Below the pieces are notes generated by a model. It saw only the letters and a list, made by a program, of their open reading frames with translations. It was not told where the DNA came from and ran no database searches. From positions 395,436,001-395,500,000 of the forward strand of contig OZ024741.1 in the NCBI GenBank assembly GCA_964016885.1: 64,000 nucleotides of DNA, in the 5' to 3' direction. The position numbers and the translations under genes were made by a program. Source of the DNA: Eledone cirrhosa. Lineage: Eukaryota. Of the stretch, positions 1 through 11,084 are shown piece after piece; the stretch's first letter is position 1, and every line of letters begins with the position of its first letter.

Positions 1-127
1 GGAGAGCATCTACAAATGTTAACACTGTATACAGGACTGCCACTCCCACATGCCCCTGCAGCGCCATCAGCAGCTGACACAAAATTCTCCAGGCACAGAT
101 CCATGGTTTTTGAGACTGACGGATACC
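1..127 (+). mobile_element. 3' end of a decayed RTE-clade LINE
   Basis: Remnant zinc-knuckle-like codons (CIQDCHSHMPLQRH), then CCATGG...GACTGACGGATACC and an (AAT)n tail, as in RTE 3' ends. Cut by the window edge. Confidence 0.4.
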
Positions 128-138
128 AATAATAATAA

Positions 139-303
139 TTGTTTCTACTTTTGGCACAAGGCCAGCAATTATCCAGTATATTACTGATACTTTATTTTAT
201 CGAGCAAAATTAACCTCGGCGGGATTTGAACTCAGAATGTCAAGGGCCATAACTCTATGCATCAAAGCATGGCGTCCGACCCTCTACCGATACTGCCAAC
301 CCA
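139..303 (-). mobile_element. tRNA-derived SINE (Meta-domain-like family), partial
   Basis: Clearly the same family as 27603-27788 and 61071-61256; B-box GAGTTCAAATCC on the minus strand; (TTA)n tail. Confidence 0.7.
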
Positions 304-442
304 ATAATGATAATATATCATCAACACCATTTACCATCCATCTTTCCAACTAAAGTTTGGAAGAAACAATTGTCAGCGATTAAATGATTTGAACATAACT
401 TTGATATTTGTGTAATTTACATATATATATATATACATATAT

Positions 443-3400
443 ATGATGGCTGCAAACTCTGCCAAGAGTTTTGCAATCATTTGTCAGATTCAGATGTGTG
501 ACGCTCGAATATGGCTTTTCAAGCCTGCTAGAGACTTGCACTCCTTCGCACACTGACAACAACTATGGATCTCCCTGGCTTGAGGTCCTGCATCAGGTTG
601 CCCGTGAACCCTCACAACACCATGGAGATCATAGTTCACTGGTTCTCTTTGAACATGGCTGCGACTGTGGCTCCTGAGACTAGATTTGCTCAAGCAAATC
701 TTTCCACACTCAGGGAACTTCAATTCAATGGAGACACCGATTGTTATGAGAGATACACCAGGGCATTGCTTACGCACATCCCGTTTGATCTTCTCATGCT
801 CTATGCGTCTGTCCTCAAAATTATGGACCCCATCATTCACCAGTCCACACCAAGTTTCTCTTTCAAGAGCTTCTATCTCCCAGTCAGCCATCATCAAACC
901 AGTTTTTTTCAATGAATCCTTTACAAAATCCTTGAATCGGAGCCTTGGCTTGTGAAGTGGTCTCTTACCCTCACAAAGCTCGCCATACAAGAGTTGTTTT
1001 GGGATTCAATCATCCTCCATTCTGCAGAGGTGTTCGGTCCATCGCGAACGCCGTTGGTGGATGATAATTTCAATGCTCCGACACTCACTTCTCTCAAGGA
1101 CCTCAACATCACTCACATGCATCTGCCACTTGATACTGGGCATCTTTCTGAGACACTGCTGGTGAAAACGTTCCAGTCTGTGGATATGCCGTTTGTAGGC
1201 AACCCATGTCTCACATGCATACAGCAAAGCTGACAGTACACATGCAGCACACACTCTCACCTTAGTCCTCATTGTGATTCCTCGCCTGCACCAAAGTCGG
1301 TCGTTGAGCCTTCAAAATGACTCGCTTGCCTTACTAACACGTAGACTAACTTCTGCATCCAGAGAGCAGGCCACACTCAGAGTACTCCCCAAATACACAA
1401 ATGTGTCAGCAGCCTTCAGCTTTTGACTGTATACGTACATGGAGAGTTCATTGAAAACTTTATCCGGAGCAGGTTGGTAGATGACGTCAGTCTTCTTCAG
1501 ACTGATTGTCAGTCCCAAAGCACTGCACACATTGGAAAAAGAATCCATAAGGTGTTGCATGTCACTCTGTGAGTGTGCAAAAAGATCACAATCATCTGCA
1601 TATAAAAATACTCTGATCAAAGTACTCAGTACCTTAGTGTTGGCAGTGAGACACCTAAGGTTAAACAGCTTGCCGGAAGTGTGATATCAGAGATGGATAC
1701 CGTGTTGACAACCCCTGAAGGCCATGAAGAACACCATTGCGAAATACAAGGCAAACAAAGTTGGTGCAGGTATATCACCCTGCTTGACATCATTTTCAAC
1801 CAAGATTGGCTCAGACAGTTTACCTCCAACATCCACCCATCACTGCATGTCATCGTGGAAGAGTTTCAGAATGTTCACAAACTTTTCAGGACAGCCCAAT
1901 CTCTCCAAAATAACCCACAAAGCCTTCCAATTAACGGTGTCAAATGCCTTGGTCAGATCAACAAAAACTTGGTATAAGTCCATGCACTGCTCAATGCATT
2001 TCTCTTGAAGTTGTTTGGCTGAGAAGATCATGTCAACAGTGCCTCTGCCATTCCTAAAGCCACATTGGGACTCAGGAAGTACCTCAACAGCAATGTGCTG
2101 TATCAATCTGTCCAACAAAATGCACAAGATCTTCCCAGCCACAGATAGCAGTGAGATACCTCTGTAGTTGCCACAGTCATCTTTGGCTCCCTTTCCTTTG
2201 TAAAGTACCACCATCAATGCATCTTTCCAGTCCTGTGGTACATCTTCATTCCAAACATTCACAAAGAGATCAGTGAGGCAGTTTAAGAAGTTATCACCAG
2301 CACACTTGAAAATCTTGACACTCAGTCCATCCATTCCAGGTGACTTGCCGCTGTTTAATTTGGCAATGGCCTTTGCCACCTCATCAAATGAAGGAGGATC
2401 AGCCATTGCCAGCTTTGTAGGTCTGGATGGAATCAACCGGATGAACTTATCATCAATTTCTGATGGTCTGTTGAGAAGCTCACCAAAGTGGTCATGCCAC
2501 CTGATCAGGATTCCCTTCGGATCTCTGAGCAATTCCTTGCTGTCCCTGGAGTGAAGTGGTGATATTTGTGGACTGGTTAGACCATACACCTCCCTGAGCA
2601 GACTGCATAAGAGCTTTGTATCATGTCTATCTGAGGCCTTCTGGATTTCATCAGCCTTTTGGCTCCACCAGGTATCCTGCATGGCTCTCAATCAATGTTG
2701 CACATGTGCCTTGATCTGCCTGAAGGTCCGGTCACCCCTGTCAGAACGTGTCTCACACAACAATGATGTCAGCACTTTTTGTTTCTCTTCAAGCAAGGTC
2801 TGGATCACTGCATCATTTTCATCGAACCAGTTTTTATGCTTTCTATTGGTATGACCTAAAACTCCAGCACTAACATCATAGACGGTTTTTTTCAATGATT
2901 CCCATGTGTTTTCACATTCTATGGACTCAAGAGACTTCGACAACTCGTCTCTGGCTTCTTCTGTCTTCAAACGAACCACGTTTAGTTGTTTTGGAAGTGC
3001 AACCTTCTTCCCCCTTACTTTGGGCTTCACAACAAATTGAAATTTGATGTGCACCAGACGATGGTCAGTCCAACAGTCTGCGCCTCGCAATACACGAACC
3101 AATGTGATATCCCTGATATCACGTTTCCTCATTAAAACAAAGTCAATAAGGTGCCACTTGTTGGAACCTGGATACATCCAAGTTGTCTTATATTTGTCTT
3201 TCTACTGAAAGAGCATGTTCCCAACAACAAGATCCATCTCAGTGCACATCTGCAACAGAAGTAGGCCATTGTTATTGCACTTACCTACTCCATGCTTGTC
3301 CATCACACTCCAAGCTTCCCAGTCATTACCAACACCTGCATTAAAATCACCAAGGATGGCAATCTTGTCTGCATAAGGTATACCATGGATGACCTCTCCC

Positions 3401-4402
3401 AAAGACATGTAGAAACTTAGTTTTTCATCATCACTGGTACACACAGTAGGAGCGTACACACTAACCAGAGTCACAAAGCGGTTTTGAATCAGAGGGACTC
3501 TCATGGACATTATCCGATCATTGAATCCACAAGAAAGATTTTCCAGCTTTGAGACGATTCCATTCCTGACAGCAAATACGACCCCTGCCTCTCTGCTTCA
3601 CCACTCCAATAGAAGGTATATCCTCCCTTCTGTTCTGTGAATTGACCATCACCTGCCAATCTCATTTCTGAAAGGGCAACGTTGTCCATGCTATAGCAAT
3701 TGAGTTCCCTCGATACCAAATCAGATCTTCTTTCATGACGAGTTTCACTGGACTGGGAATCAAGTAAAGTTCTTACATTCCAGCATCCAATATTCAGAGG
3801 TTTGAACTTCTTTGCAGTTGCTGGATGACAACAGGGCCCACGCTGCGGTGCCATGGGACACCTGCCGGACCAGACCTCTTCACAATAAATTCCAGAGCCA
3901 TTACTGCCATTGACTTCAAGGTTATCATCTGTCATCATAGAGTTTGGTGCACTTTTAGGCTACAGCCAGCCACACGAACCTGTAACAGATCCTGAACAAG
4001 CAATGCCTGTGCTTTGAAGGTTTTTTAAGTGGGGAAAGGCCTTGTACGCGACCAATCCCACTCTCTAAACATCGAAAACACTACCCGAAAAGAAGAACTG
4101 GTCAACATCATCGGATGCTTCCGAAGCTGCAGGTTTTTTTTCAGAGTTTCCCTCTCCTAGAAAGGTGTTGTGACAACAACTGGGGGCCCCTTCACTCCCA
4201 GGTTAGAAAAAAAAAAAAGTACTATTTGGATGGCCGTTAACTCTGCTGAGTTCCTCCGCCCTTTGCCGGGTCTTGTATTTCATTCCGCAGAGTGTCCAAA
4301 TATCACCCTCCTCACCAAGCTAGGTTTGTGGGGTTGCCGGTTTAGTCGCCAATGACCCGACCATGAGACAGGTTGTACTGGGTTACATGTTACCAGTTGC
4401 AC
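443..4402 (-). mobile_element. Near full-length decayed RTE-clade LINE (family D): APE + RT + two C-terminal C2H2-like fingers
   Basis: Successive frameshifted ORFs give IGCWNVRTL, VSVYAPT, ILGDFNA, LIDFV, TDHRL (APE); NYRGISLL, FVDLTKAFDTV, FLYADDC (RT); ECGKICLSKSSLRSHSRSH and CQCAKECKSLAGLKSH. About 450-bp 5' UTR; flanked by (TA)n. Confidence 0.93.
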
Positions 4403-4657
4403 TATATATATATACATATATATATGTGTATATATATATATATATATAGTGCAACTGGTAACATGTAACATCTATTTAATTCTCTTTAACTCACTACACT
4501 CCACGACATGATGTCTGCTATCAAAAAACTGACCAAAGAATCCTTCCACCTCTACCTCCACCTCAGTTTGTCATTCTACTTCCTACCTCTTCCCCCTTCC
4601 TCTCTCTCTATACTATGCCATCTGTCCCCTCACCTCCTGATTCCTCTCTCTCTATAT

Positions 4658-7600
4658 TCATCATCACCGTTTTACGTCCGTTCTTCCACGCTAGCATGGG
4701 TTAGACGGGTTGTCCTGTTGTGGGCAGTGTCCAGTCGGCTGACCTTGTCTTGCTCATACGGGAACTGATTCTGACTTAATTTCTACAGCTGGATGCCCTT
4801 CCTAACACCAACGTCATTTACAGTGAGTGCTGGGTGCTTTTTCGTGGCGCCTACACGTCCACTTTACAGTGTGGGCTGGGTGCTTTTTTGCCGTGGCACC
4901 TCCACGACCACCTTGCGGTGGGGGGAGTGGGGGCATATTGTTTATATGCTTCAGCATGTACCCATGGGAGGTCGGGTACCCTGTATTACTGCGTGACGCC
5001 AGAAGTCACAGTCGTGTGTCATTGTCTTTGAGAGGTGTAGTTGGGTAAGGTCGGCTTTTATCACCTCGTCCCAAGTCATCTTGGGTCTCCCCACTCCGCG
5101 GTTTCCATCAACTTCTAGTGCTCTGCACCTTTTTATGCAGCTGTCATCCTTCATACGCATCACATGTCCATACCAGCGTAACCGCCTCTCCTGCACGCAG
5201 CATTTGATTCCTCTTATGCTCAGTCTCTCTCTCAATTCATTTATGCTTTGTCGTTCACGTATATTACTGTTACACATCCATCGGAGCATGCAGGCTTCCT
5301 TTCTCTCTAATCTACGTAAGTCTTCCACCTTCAGCGCCCAGGTCTCACTACCATGCAACATCGCTGTTTGGATACACGCATCATACAGTCTGCCTTTCAT
5401 TCTGAGGGAGAAGCCTTTTGCAGCTAGCAGTGGTAGTAGTTCCCTAAACTTCTTCCATCCCGTTCTTACCCTAGTTATTGTACTTTCTGAGCACCCACCT
5501 CCGTTGCTAATTCGGTCACCTAGGTAGCAGAAGCTGTCTACTGTTTCTACAGGGCCCTCCCAGAGATTGGTGGTACTTGTTTCCTGTGGCTGTTTGCTTG
5601 CTGTTTCAACACAGCTGCTGCATGTGAATCCTACATTCTTAATTAAGCTTCCTGAGATCCCGCTACATCTCTTGTGTACCCATTGTTTGCATTTGGGGCA
5701 GAGAATGGAGTTCCTACCTACACCTTTCCTACATACTGAGCAAGGCCATTTCCCTGAGGGGATCTGGGTTCTGTTTTCTCGTCTACTTACAAGGACCTTA
5801 GTCTTTGTCATGTTGACTTTGAGGCCCTTTCTCTCTAGTCCCTGCTTCCAGGTTTGGAATTTATTCTCTAGTTCTACCATAGATTCAGCTATGAGTGCGA
5901 GGTCATCAGCATACAGGAGTTCCCATGGGCATCCGGTCTTAAACTCCTCCGTTATTGCCTGCAGGACTATGATGAACAGGAGAGGGCTAAGAACAGAGCC
6001 CTGGTGGACCCCAACCTGTACGCTAAATTCCTCGCTATACTCATTGCTAATCCTAACTTTGCTGACTGCTCCCCTATACATGGCTTGTACCGCTTTCACA
6101 AGCCATTCATCTATTCCTAGTTTTCTAAGAGCCCACCAGATTACCGCACGTGGAACTCTGTCAAAGGCTTTCTCAAGGTCGACAAATGCCAAGTAGAGTG
6201 GCTTACTTTTAGCTAGGTACTTTTCCTGTTGCCTCACAAGGAAGAGGGCATCAGTGGTGCCTCTCCCTGGTACAAACCCAAATTGCATCTCGTCTATATT
6301 CACCCGGTCCCTAATCAGCTGTGCTATAACTCTTTCTGTTACTTTCATGACCTGGTCCATCAACTTTATACCTCTATAGTTTCCTCTATCTAGTGCATCG
6401 CCTTTACCTTTGTAGCAGTTGACAATGATGCTACTGCACCAATCTTTTGGTATGGCCCCTTCTAGTATTACCTGGTTAACGATACGTGTGGTTATAGTGT
6501 GACCTACAGACCCAGATGCCTTCAGCATCTCGGCAGCTATACCCGATGGACCGGTTGCCTTCCCCATCTTCATATCTCTGATTGCCTTACTTACTACGCT
6601 GCCGCTGACTTGTACTGCTGGTCCCTCTATAGGGTCTACATGGGGTAGGGTCTCTTCTTCCCATGCATTCTCCTCATTTAGTAATCTATCATAATGACTC
6701 TTCCATGCATTTTTCTTCTCAGCACTTGTGAGGGCAAGCTCACCTTTATCATTCCGGATACACTTCTCTCCAATGACATCACAACTATCTCTGACACACT
6801 GCCTCGCAATCTTGAATACCTCCTGTTTCTGGTCCTCACGTTGTAAAACATGCTTGAATTTTCTATCCTCTGCTTCCCTCCTAGCTAAGTATACTTGTCG
6901 CCTAGCTTCCCTCTTGGTCTCTATGTAATGTACCCTGCTCCCCCCGTTCTTCCATTCTTTCCATGCCTGTCTCTTGGCCTTGACTGCTTCATCTACCTTA
7001 TTGTTCCACCACCAAGTCACTCTCCTCCTGCTTGAGGTCTTACTCCAGCCACAAACCTCATCCGTTGCCTCTAGTAAGTTATTTTTTAGGAACTCCCAGT
7101 TCTCTTCTACGTTAAATGTCTCTATATGTTCTTCTTTACTGTCGTAGGCGTTGAGTAAAATATCTTTAAATCTGTTACTGGTTGAGGGGACTTTCAGCTT
7201 CCAGATCTTTCTTCTCCAGGTTGGCCTCTGTTTCCGGGTTCGTCTAGTTCTGACCGTGAGGTCGCTGACAACTAAGCTATGTTGGGATGTACATTCCTCA
7301 CTAGGGAAGGCTTTTGTGTTTACGACCGTCCATCTGTCACGTCCTCTGATGAGGATAAAATCTGATTAGAGTGCTCCCCTGATCTATAGGTGATCAGGTG
7401 GTTGTCAGGTTTTTTAAAGTTTGTGTTACATATCGACATGTCATTGGTGTCGCAGAATTCTAGAAGTCTGAATCCTTCCTCATTCCTTGTGCCAACTCCA
7501 TGGCCTCCATGTACTCTATTGAAGCCATCGCAGTGTCTACCTACGTGTCCATTAAAATCTCCTGCAATGATTAGGAAGTCCTTGTCGTCTGTTAGAGCAG

Positions 7601-7721
7601 TAGTGTGTATTAGGGACTCGTAAAACCTATCCTTAAGTTCGTCTGGCAGCCCCGATTGGGGTGCGTAAGCTGATATTATTGTGGTAATTGTCTTATTCAG
7701 GACTAGTCTGAGTTTAATGAT
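4658..7721 (-). mobile_element. RTE LINE family A, 5'-truncated copy
   Basis: Near-identical to 19211-22631; (GAT)n tail at 4658; APE part disrupted near 7366. Confidence 0.95.
4951..7020 (-). CDS. RTE family A reverse transcriptase with internal PHD finger (partial ORF)
   Basis: NYRGIKL, QFGFVPGRGTTDA, FVDLEKAFDRV, GVHQGSVLSPLLF, LYADDL; C4HC3 motif between GLKVNMTKTK and FCYLG. Confidence 0.9.
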   Translation of the reverse strand: MTWWWNNKVDEAVKAKRQAWKEWKNGGSRVHYIETKREARRQVYLARREAEDRKFKHVLQREDQKQEVFKIARQCVRDSCDVIGEKCIRNDKGELALTSAEKKNAWKSHYDRLLNEENAWEEETLPHVDPIEGPAVQVSGSVVSKAIRDMKMGKATGPSGIAAEMLKASGSVGHTITTRIVNQVILEGAIPKDWCSSIIVNCYKGKGDALDRGNYRGIKLMDQVMKVTERVIAQLIRDRVNIDEMQFGFVPGRGTTDALFLVRQQEKYLAKSKPLYLAFVDLEKAFDRVPRAVIWWALRKLGIDEWLVKAVQAMYRGAVSKVRISNEYSEEFSVQVGVHQGSVLSPLLFIIVLQAITEEFKTGCPWELLYADDLALIAESMVELENKFQTWKQGLERKGLKVNMTKTKVLVSRRENRTQIPSGKWPCSVCRKGVGRNSILCPKCKQWVHKRCSGISGSLIKNVGFTCSSCVETASKQPQETSTTNLWEGPVETVDSFCYLGDRISNGGGCSESTITRVRTGWKKFRELLPLLAAKGFSLRMKGRLYDACIQTAMLHGSETWALKVEDLRRLERKEACMLRWMCNSNIRERQSINELRERLSIRGIKCCVQERRLRWYGHVMRMKDDSCIKRCRALEVDGNRGVGRPKMTWDEVIKADLTQLHLSKTMTHDCDFWRHAVIQGTRPPMGTC

Positions 7722-8084
7722 ATTAGTAAATACAATTCCAAATAAATGTTTTTCTCTATATATTAAGAATTATTTCAAGAGTAACTCACTATTTTGAAAA
7801 TTTGGACTGTGAACAACAATTATAATTGAGTGGCTGCTATTTGCAGTATAGCAATATAAGGTTGCACTTACCAATGAAACGGTCGTAAATACCTGGATTA
7901 AATCCTTCTCTTAATGCTTACCTGTGTTTTCTCTTTTATACTTTATACTCCAAGATTGAACGGAATTCTTACAAACTTGTGGAGTTACCCCTAACCATAC
8001 GTTGAAACCATCCATGAAACTGGCTTTCTTAACCAAAAACTGGATCACAATAAGCAATTTTTTGCTTCTCTAACTATATATATA

Positions 8085-8257
8085 TCATCATCATCATCAT
8101 CGTTTAACGTCCGTGTTCCACGCTTGCATGGGTTTGCATAGGTGTGTGTATTTATATATATATATGTATACATATATATATAAATACACACACCCACATA
8201 TATATATATCTAAACCCATGCTAGCGTGGAAGATAGACATTAAACGATGATGATGGT
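8085..8257. repeat. Two RTE 3'-tail stubs in inverted orientation around a palindromic TA-rich spacer
   Basis: (CAT)n-CGTTTAACGTCC...CATGGGTTT and AAACCCATG...TTAAACG-(ATG)n flank GTGTGTATT(TA)nTGTA|TACA(TA)nAATACACAC. Confidence 0.7.
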
Positions 8258-8293
8258 AATATATATATATACATATATATTTAATATAGAAAA

Positions 8294-8344
8294 GGCTTCT
8301 ACAGGACTAGAACTGTTTCATTCAGGAGAAATCATCAGGAAGCC
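8294..8344 (-). ncRNA. Type I hammerhead ribozyme motif
   Basis: GGCUUC-CUGAUGA-uUUCuccuGAAu-GAAA-CAG(uucuaguc)CUG-UA^-GAAGCC: 6-bp stem I, 4-bp stem III, GUA triplet, weak stem II. Confidence 0.75.
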
Positions 8345-8815
8345 GACTGTCCAAGTAATATGGCAGTATTTATATCTTTTCTGGTGGTAGGAGAGGGTGG
8401 TGATTGGGATGGGTGGAGGTCATTGGTTGATGGGTTTAAAGAAAAGGGAATTCTTTAAAAACTATATTTAGAGTAACAAAGGCAGTAAGAATTCTATATT
8501 CAGGTTCACCCTGGGGGTGCCACTCCTGATTTTTAAGGTTCTCTTAAGCTAACAATGGCAAATGGTCAGGTGTCTACAAACACACACACACATATAAGCC
8601 CTCACACCCACACAATCGCACAAACACACACTCTTATACTTATATATACACACACAATATATATATATATATACACATATATATATACATATATAGACAC
8701 ACACACACACATATTTATATATTTACATAGTAACCCACATACACACACACACATACACAGGGAAAAGCAGACGTAAAATGAAAATGAGGATATATATATT
8801 CATATATATATATAT

Positions 8816-9150
8816 CATTTCATTTCATTTTACGTCCGCTTTTTCCCTGCTTGCAAGGGTGGGATGGGAACTGATTCTGGCTTGATTTCTACAGCTGGAT
8901 GCCCTTCCTAACACCAATCTCATTTACAGTGAGTGCTGGGTGCTTTTTTGTTGTGGCACCTCCACGACTACTTTGCAGTGGAATGATATGGACCCCAGTC
9001 CCTATCATCTCATTTCTACAGCTGAGTAAACTGGAGCAATGTGAAATAAAGTGTCTTGCTCAAGGAAACAACACATCACCCGGTCTGGGAATTGAACTCA
9101 CAACCTTTCGATTGCAAGGCCAATGCTCTAACCACTAAGCCATGTGCCTT
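8816..9150 (-). mobile_element. tRNA-derived CORE-like SINE with RTE tail, near full length
   Basis: A-box TGGCTTAGTGG, B-box GAGTTCAATTC, CORE-like TTCCTTGAGCAAGACACTTTA, and a tail nearly identical to the family C LINE end; matches 59401-59743. Confidence 0.85.
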
Positions 9151-9195
9151 ATATATATATATAACCACTAAGCCATGTGCCTTATATATATATAT

Positions 9196-9334
9196 AAGGC
9201 ACATGGCTTAGTGGTTAGAGCATTGGCCTTGCAATCGAAAGGTTGTGAGTTCAATTCTCAGACCGGGTGATGTGTTGTTTCCTTGAGCAAGACACTTTAT
9301 TTCACTTTATTCCAGTTTCCTCAGCTGTAGAAAT
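9196..9334 (+). mobile_element. Inverted head of the same CORE-like SINE
   Basis: Reverse complement of about 9028-9150 with a few mismatches, across a (TA)n tract. Confidence 0.8.
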
Positions 9335-9360
9335 GATATATATATATATATATTTTATAT

Positions 9361-10998
9361 ATATTTCGTTTCTGAATTTGTTTAGCAAGATTCTTTATCT
9401 GAAATCGTGTGTTGAAACCGATATTGTTATACTTTGGGAGGGTCATGTTGCCAATAAGAAACACACGCACCAGTTGCTTTCACTTCAAATTATTATATAT
9501 TTATAAATTTATAAATTCACAAATCTACAAACTTATAAATTTCTGGTTGGTTGGTTGGTTCCACAACCAGGTAGTTGTTTATATATAGTCATAGTCCTTT
9601 CGTCACAGACACTGTGACCTCTTCAGTGACTGGGGATTCCTTTCTTTGTTTCTGTGCCTTTCCTTTCTTCTATCCTACGCCATTTTGTTTCTGTGTGTGT
9701 GTTGTGTGCTCAGTTTGCGCATGCGCCACATCCGGGTGTCTGTGTGTGTTTGTGTTCATTTATCTATTTGTTTATTTATTTATTGTTGGTTGGTTGTTTG
9801 TTCTATGTGTGTGTGTGTTTTCATTTTGTCCTGTGTGTGTTTTCATTTTGTCCTTAGTTGTAAGTTGTTTGTTCTATGTGTGTGTGTGTTTTCATTTTGT
9901 CCTGTGTGTGTTTTCATTTTGTCCTTAATTGTAAGTTGTGATGTTGCTGTTCCACTCATATTTTCTATTTAATTTTGGTTGTAATTCTTTTTTCTTACTG
10001 CCTCTGTAATTTGCCTAAACATTGCATCTTTTCTGTGTGTGGATTCTATTTTTATTTCTATGTTCTCTAATCTACCCCTGTGTTCTATCTTAGCATGTTG
10101 GTAGAGCACAGATGATTCTTTATTATCTTGAAGGTCTCGCCAGTGTTCATTTATTCGTTCCCCTATACTACGAGCTGTCCCACCTATGTACACTATATTT
10201 TTGTTTCTACATTGTCCTTCAGTACATCTTATGCTATACACTACATTTCTAGTTTTACAGTTAATATGGGGGCTTATTTTACAGGTTATACATTTCTTAT
10301 CTATACATGAGGGTCTTTGGAACGGGTATGTCTTGCTAATAAGTGTTTTTACGGAGGTACCTGGTCTTTCTACTATCTTAATATTGAGTTTATGTTTATT
10401 TAGGGCCCTTCTAAATTTGTAGGCTAGTTCGCCTCTAGGGGTTGTATTGATGAACATTACACTCTGGTATTTATTGCTATCATACCATGAGTTTATTCTA
10501 TTGGCCTTGTTCCTAGTTCTTTCTATTCTATTCCAAAATGTGCTCCTATACAAGGGGTAGGTCCCATTTATGTCATTATTTACCATTTTTTCCCATTTGG
10601 TTCTGGCTCCTTTATACACTCTGATTCTATCCCTCTGATTGTAGCCAGAGAACTGCATACGGTGGATGAAGTGTTGTATGTGTCTCTCTAGTTCTTTGGG
10701 GTTGCACATGCGGGACACATTTCTCATCACCCGTACCAAATCCGCAATCAGTATGTTGATTTTGGTATGGTCCGAAATGGCCGAGTTTCGGTGGATCAGA
10801 TGTTTGGAAGTCATGGGTTTGGCATAATGGGAATGGAGGATTTGTTTTTGGTTGTTAATGGTATCTAACCAGAGCTCTGTGTCTAGTACAGGTAATCGAT
10901 GGTTGGGGTGTCTACTTGGGTAGTCTATAGTAACTCTAATGCTCTGGTGGATGGAGTTTGCTATTTGCTGGATGCTTTCCATTGTGTTTTTCTGGGGC
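9361..10998 (-). mobile_element. Penelope-like element (Neptune-like), 5'-truncated: RT thumb + GIY-YIG endonuclease + pseudo-LTR
   Basis: ORF 9969-~11000: LPVLDTELW, HYAKPM, Cys linker CIDKKCITC...C, NVVYSIRC...YIGGTARSIGERINEH, RQITEA. Homologous to 51868-54311; hammerhead in the 3' region. Confidence 0.9.
9587..9631 (-). ncRNA. Minimal type I hammerhead ribozyme in the PLE 3' region
   Basis: AGUCA-CUGAAGA-g-GUCACAG(ugu)CUGUGAC-GAAA-G(ga)C-UA^-UGACU: perfect stems I and II, minimal stem III, CUA triplet. Confidence 0.85.
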
Positions 10999-11084
10999 AT
11001 TTTCAATCGGCTTATTGCAAATAACAACCCGCAAAATAACACTTCATATAACAGATTAATGCTATAGACATATGAATCGGAATG

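Noticed and set aside
4220-4300. Twister ribozyme in the family D 5' UTR (GAGG-hairpin-UAA-CGGC)
   Set aside because: The P4 loop UCCC-AAGC pseudoknot partner is missing and the motif is not kept in the 46.4-kb relative.
5081-6196. Recurrent antisense ORFs (MGLPTPRF..., MVVLVSCG...) in every family A/B copy
   Set aside because: Shadows of the RT frame; they recur only because the copies are nearly identical.
7839-7890. GAAACGGTC-GTAAAT with upstream ATTTGC, resembling a hammerhead half
   Set aside because: No CUGANGA next to the stem I strand; at best a decayed relic.
7860-8075. Possible next GYS exon (GTAAGT and GTAAGC donor-like sites on the minus strand)
   Set aside because: No frame resembles the expected continuation after LDWKNLGV.
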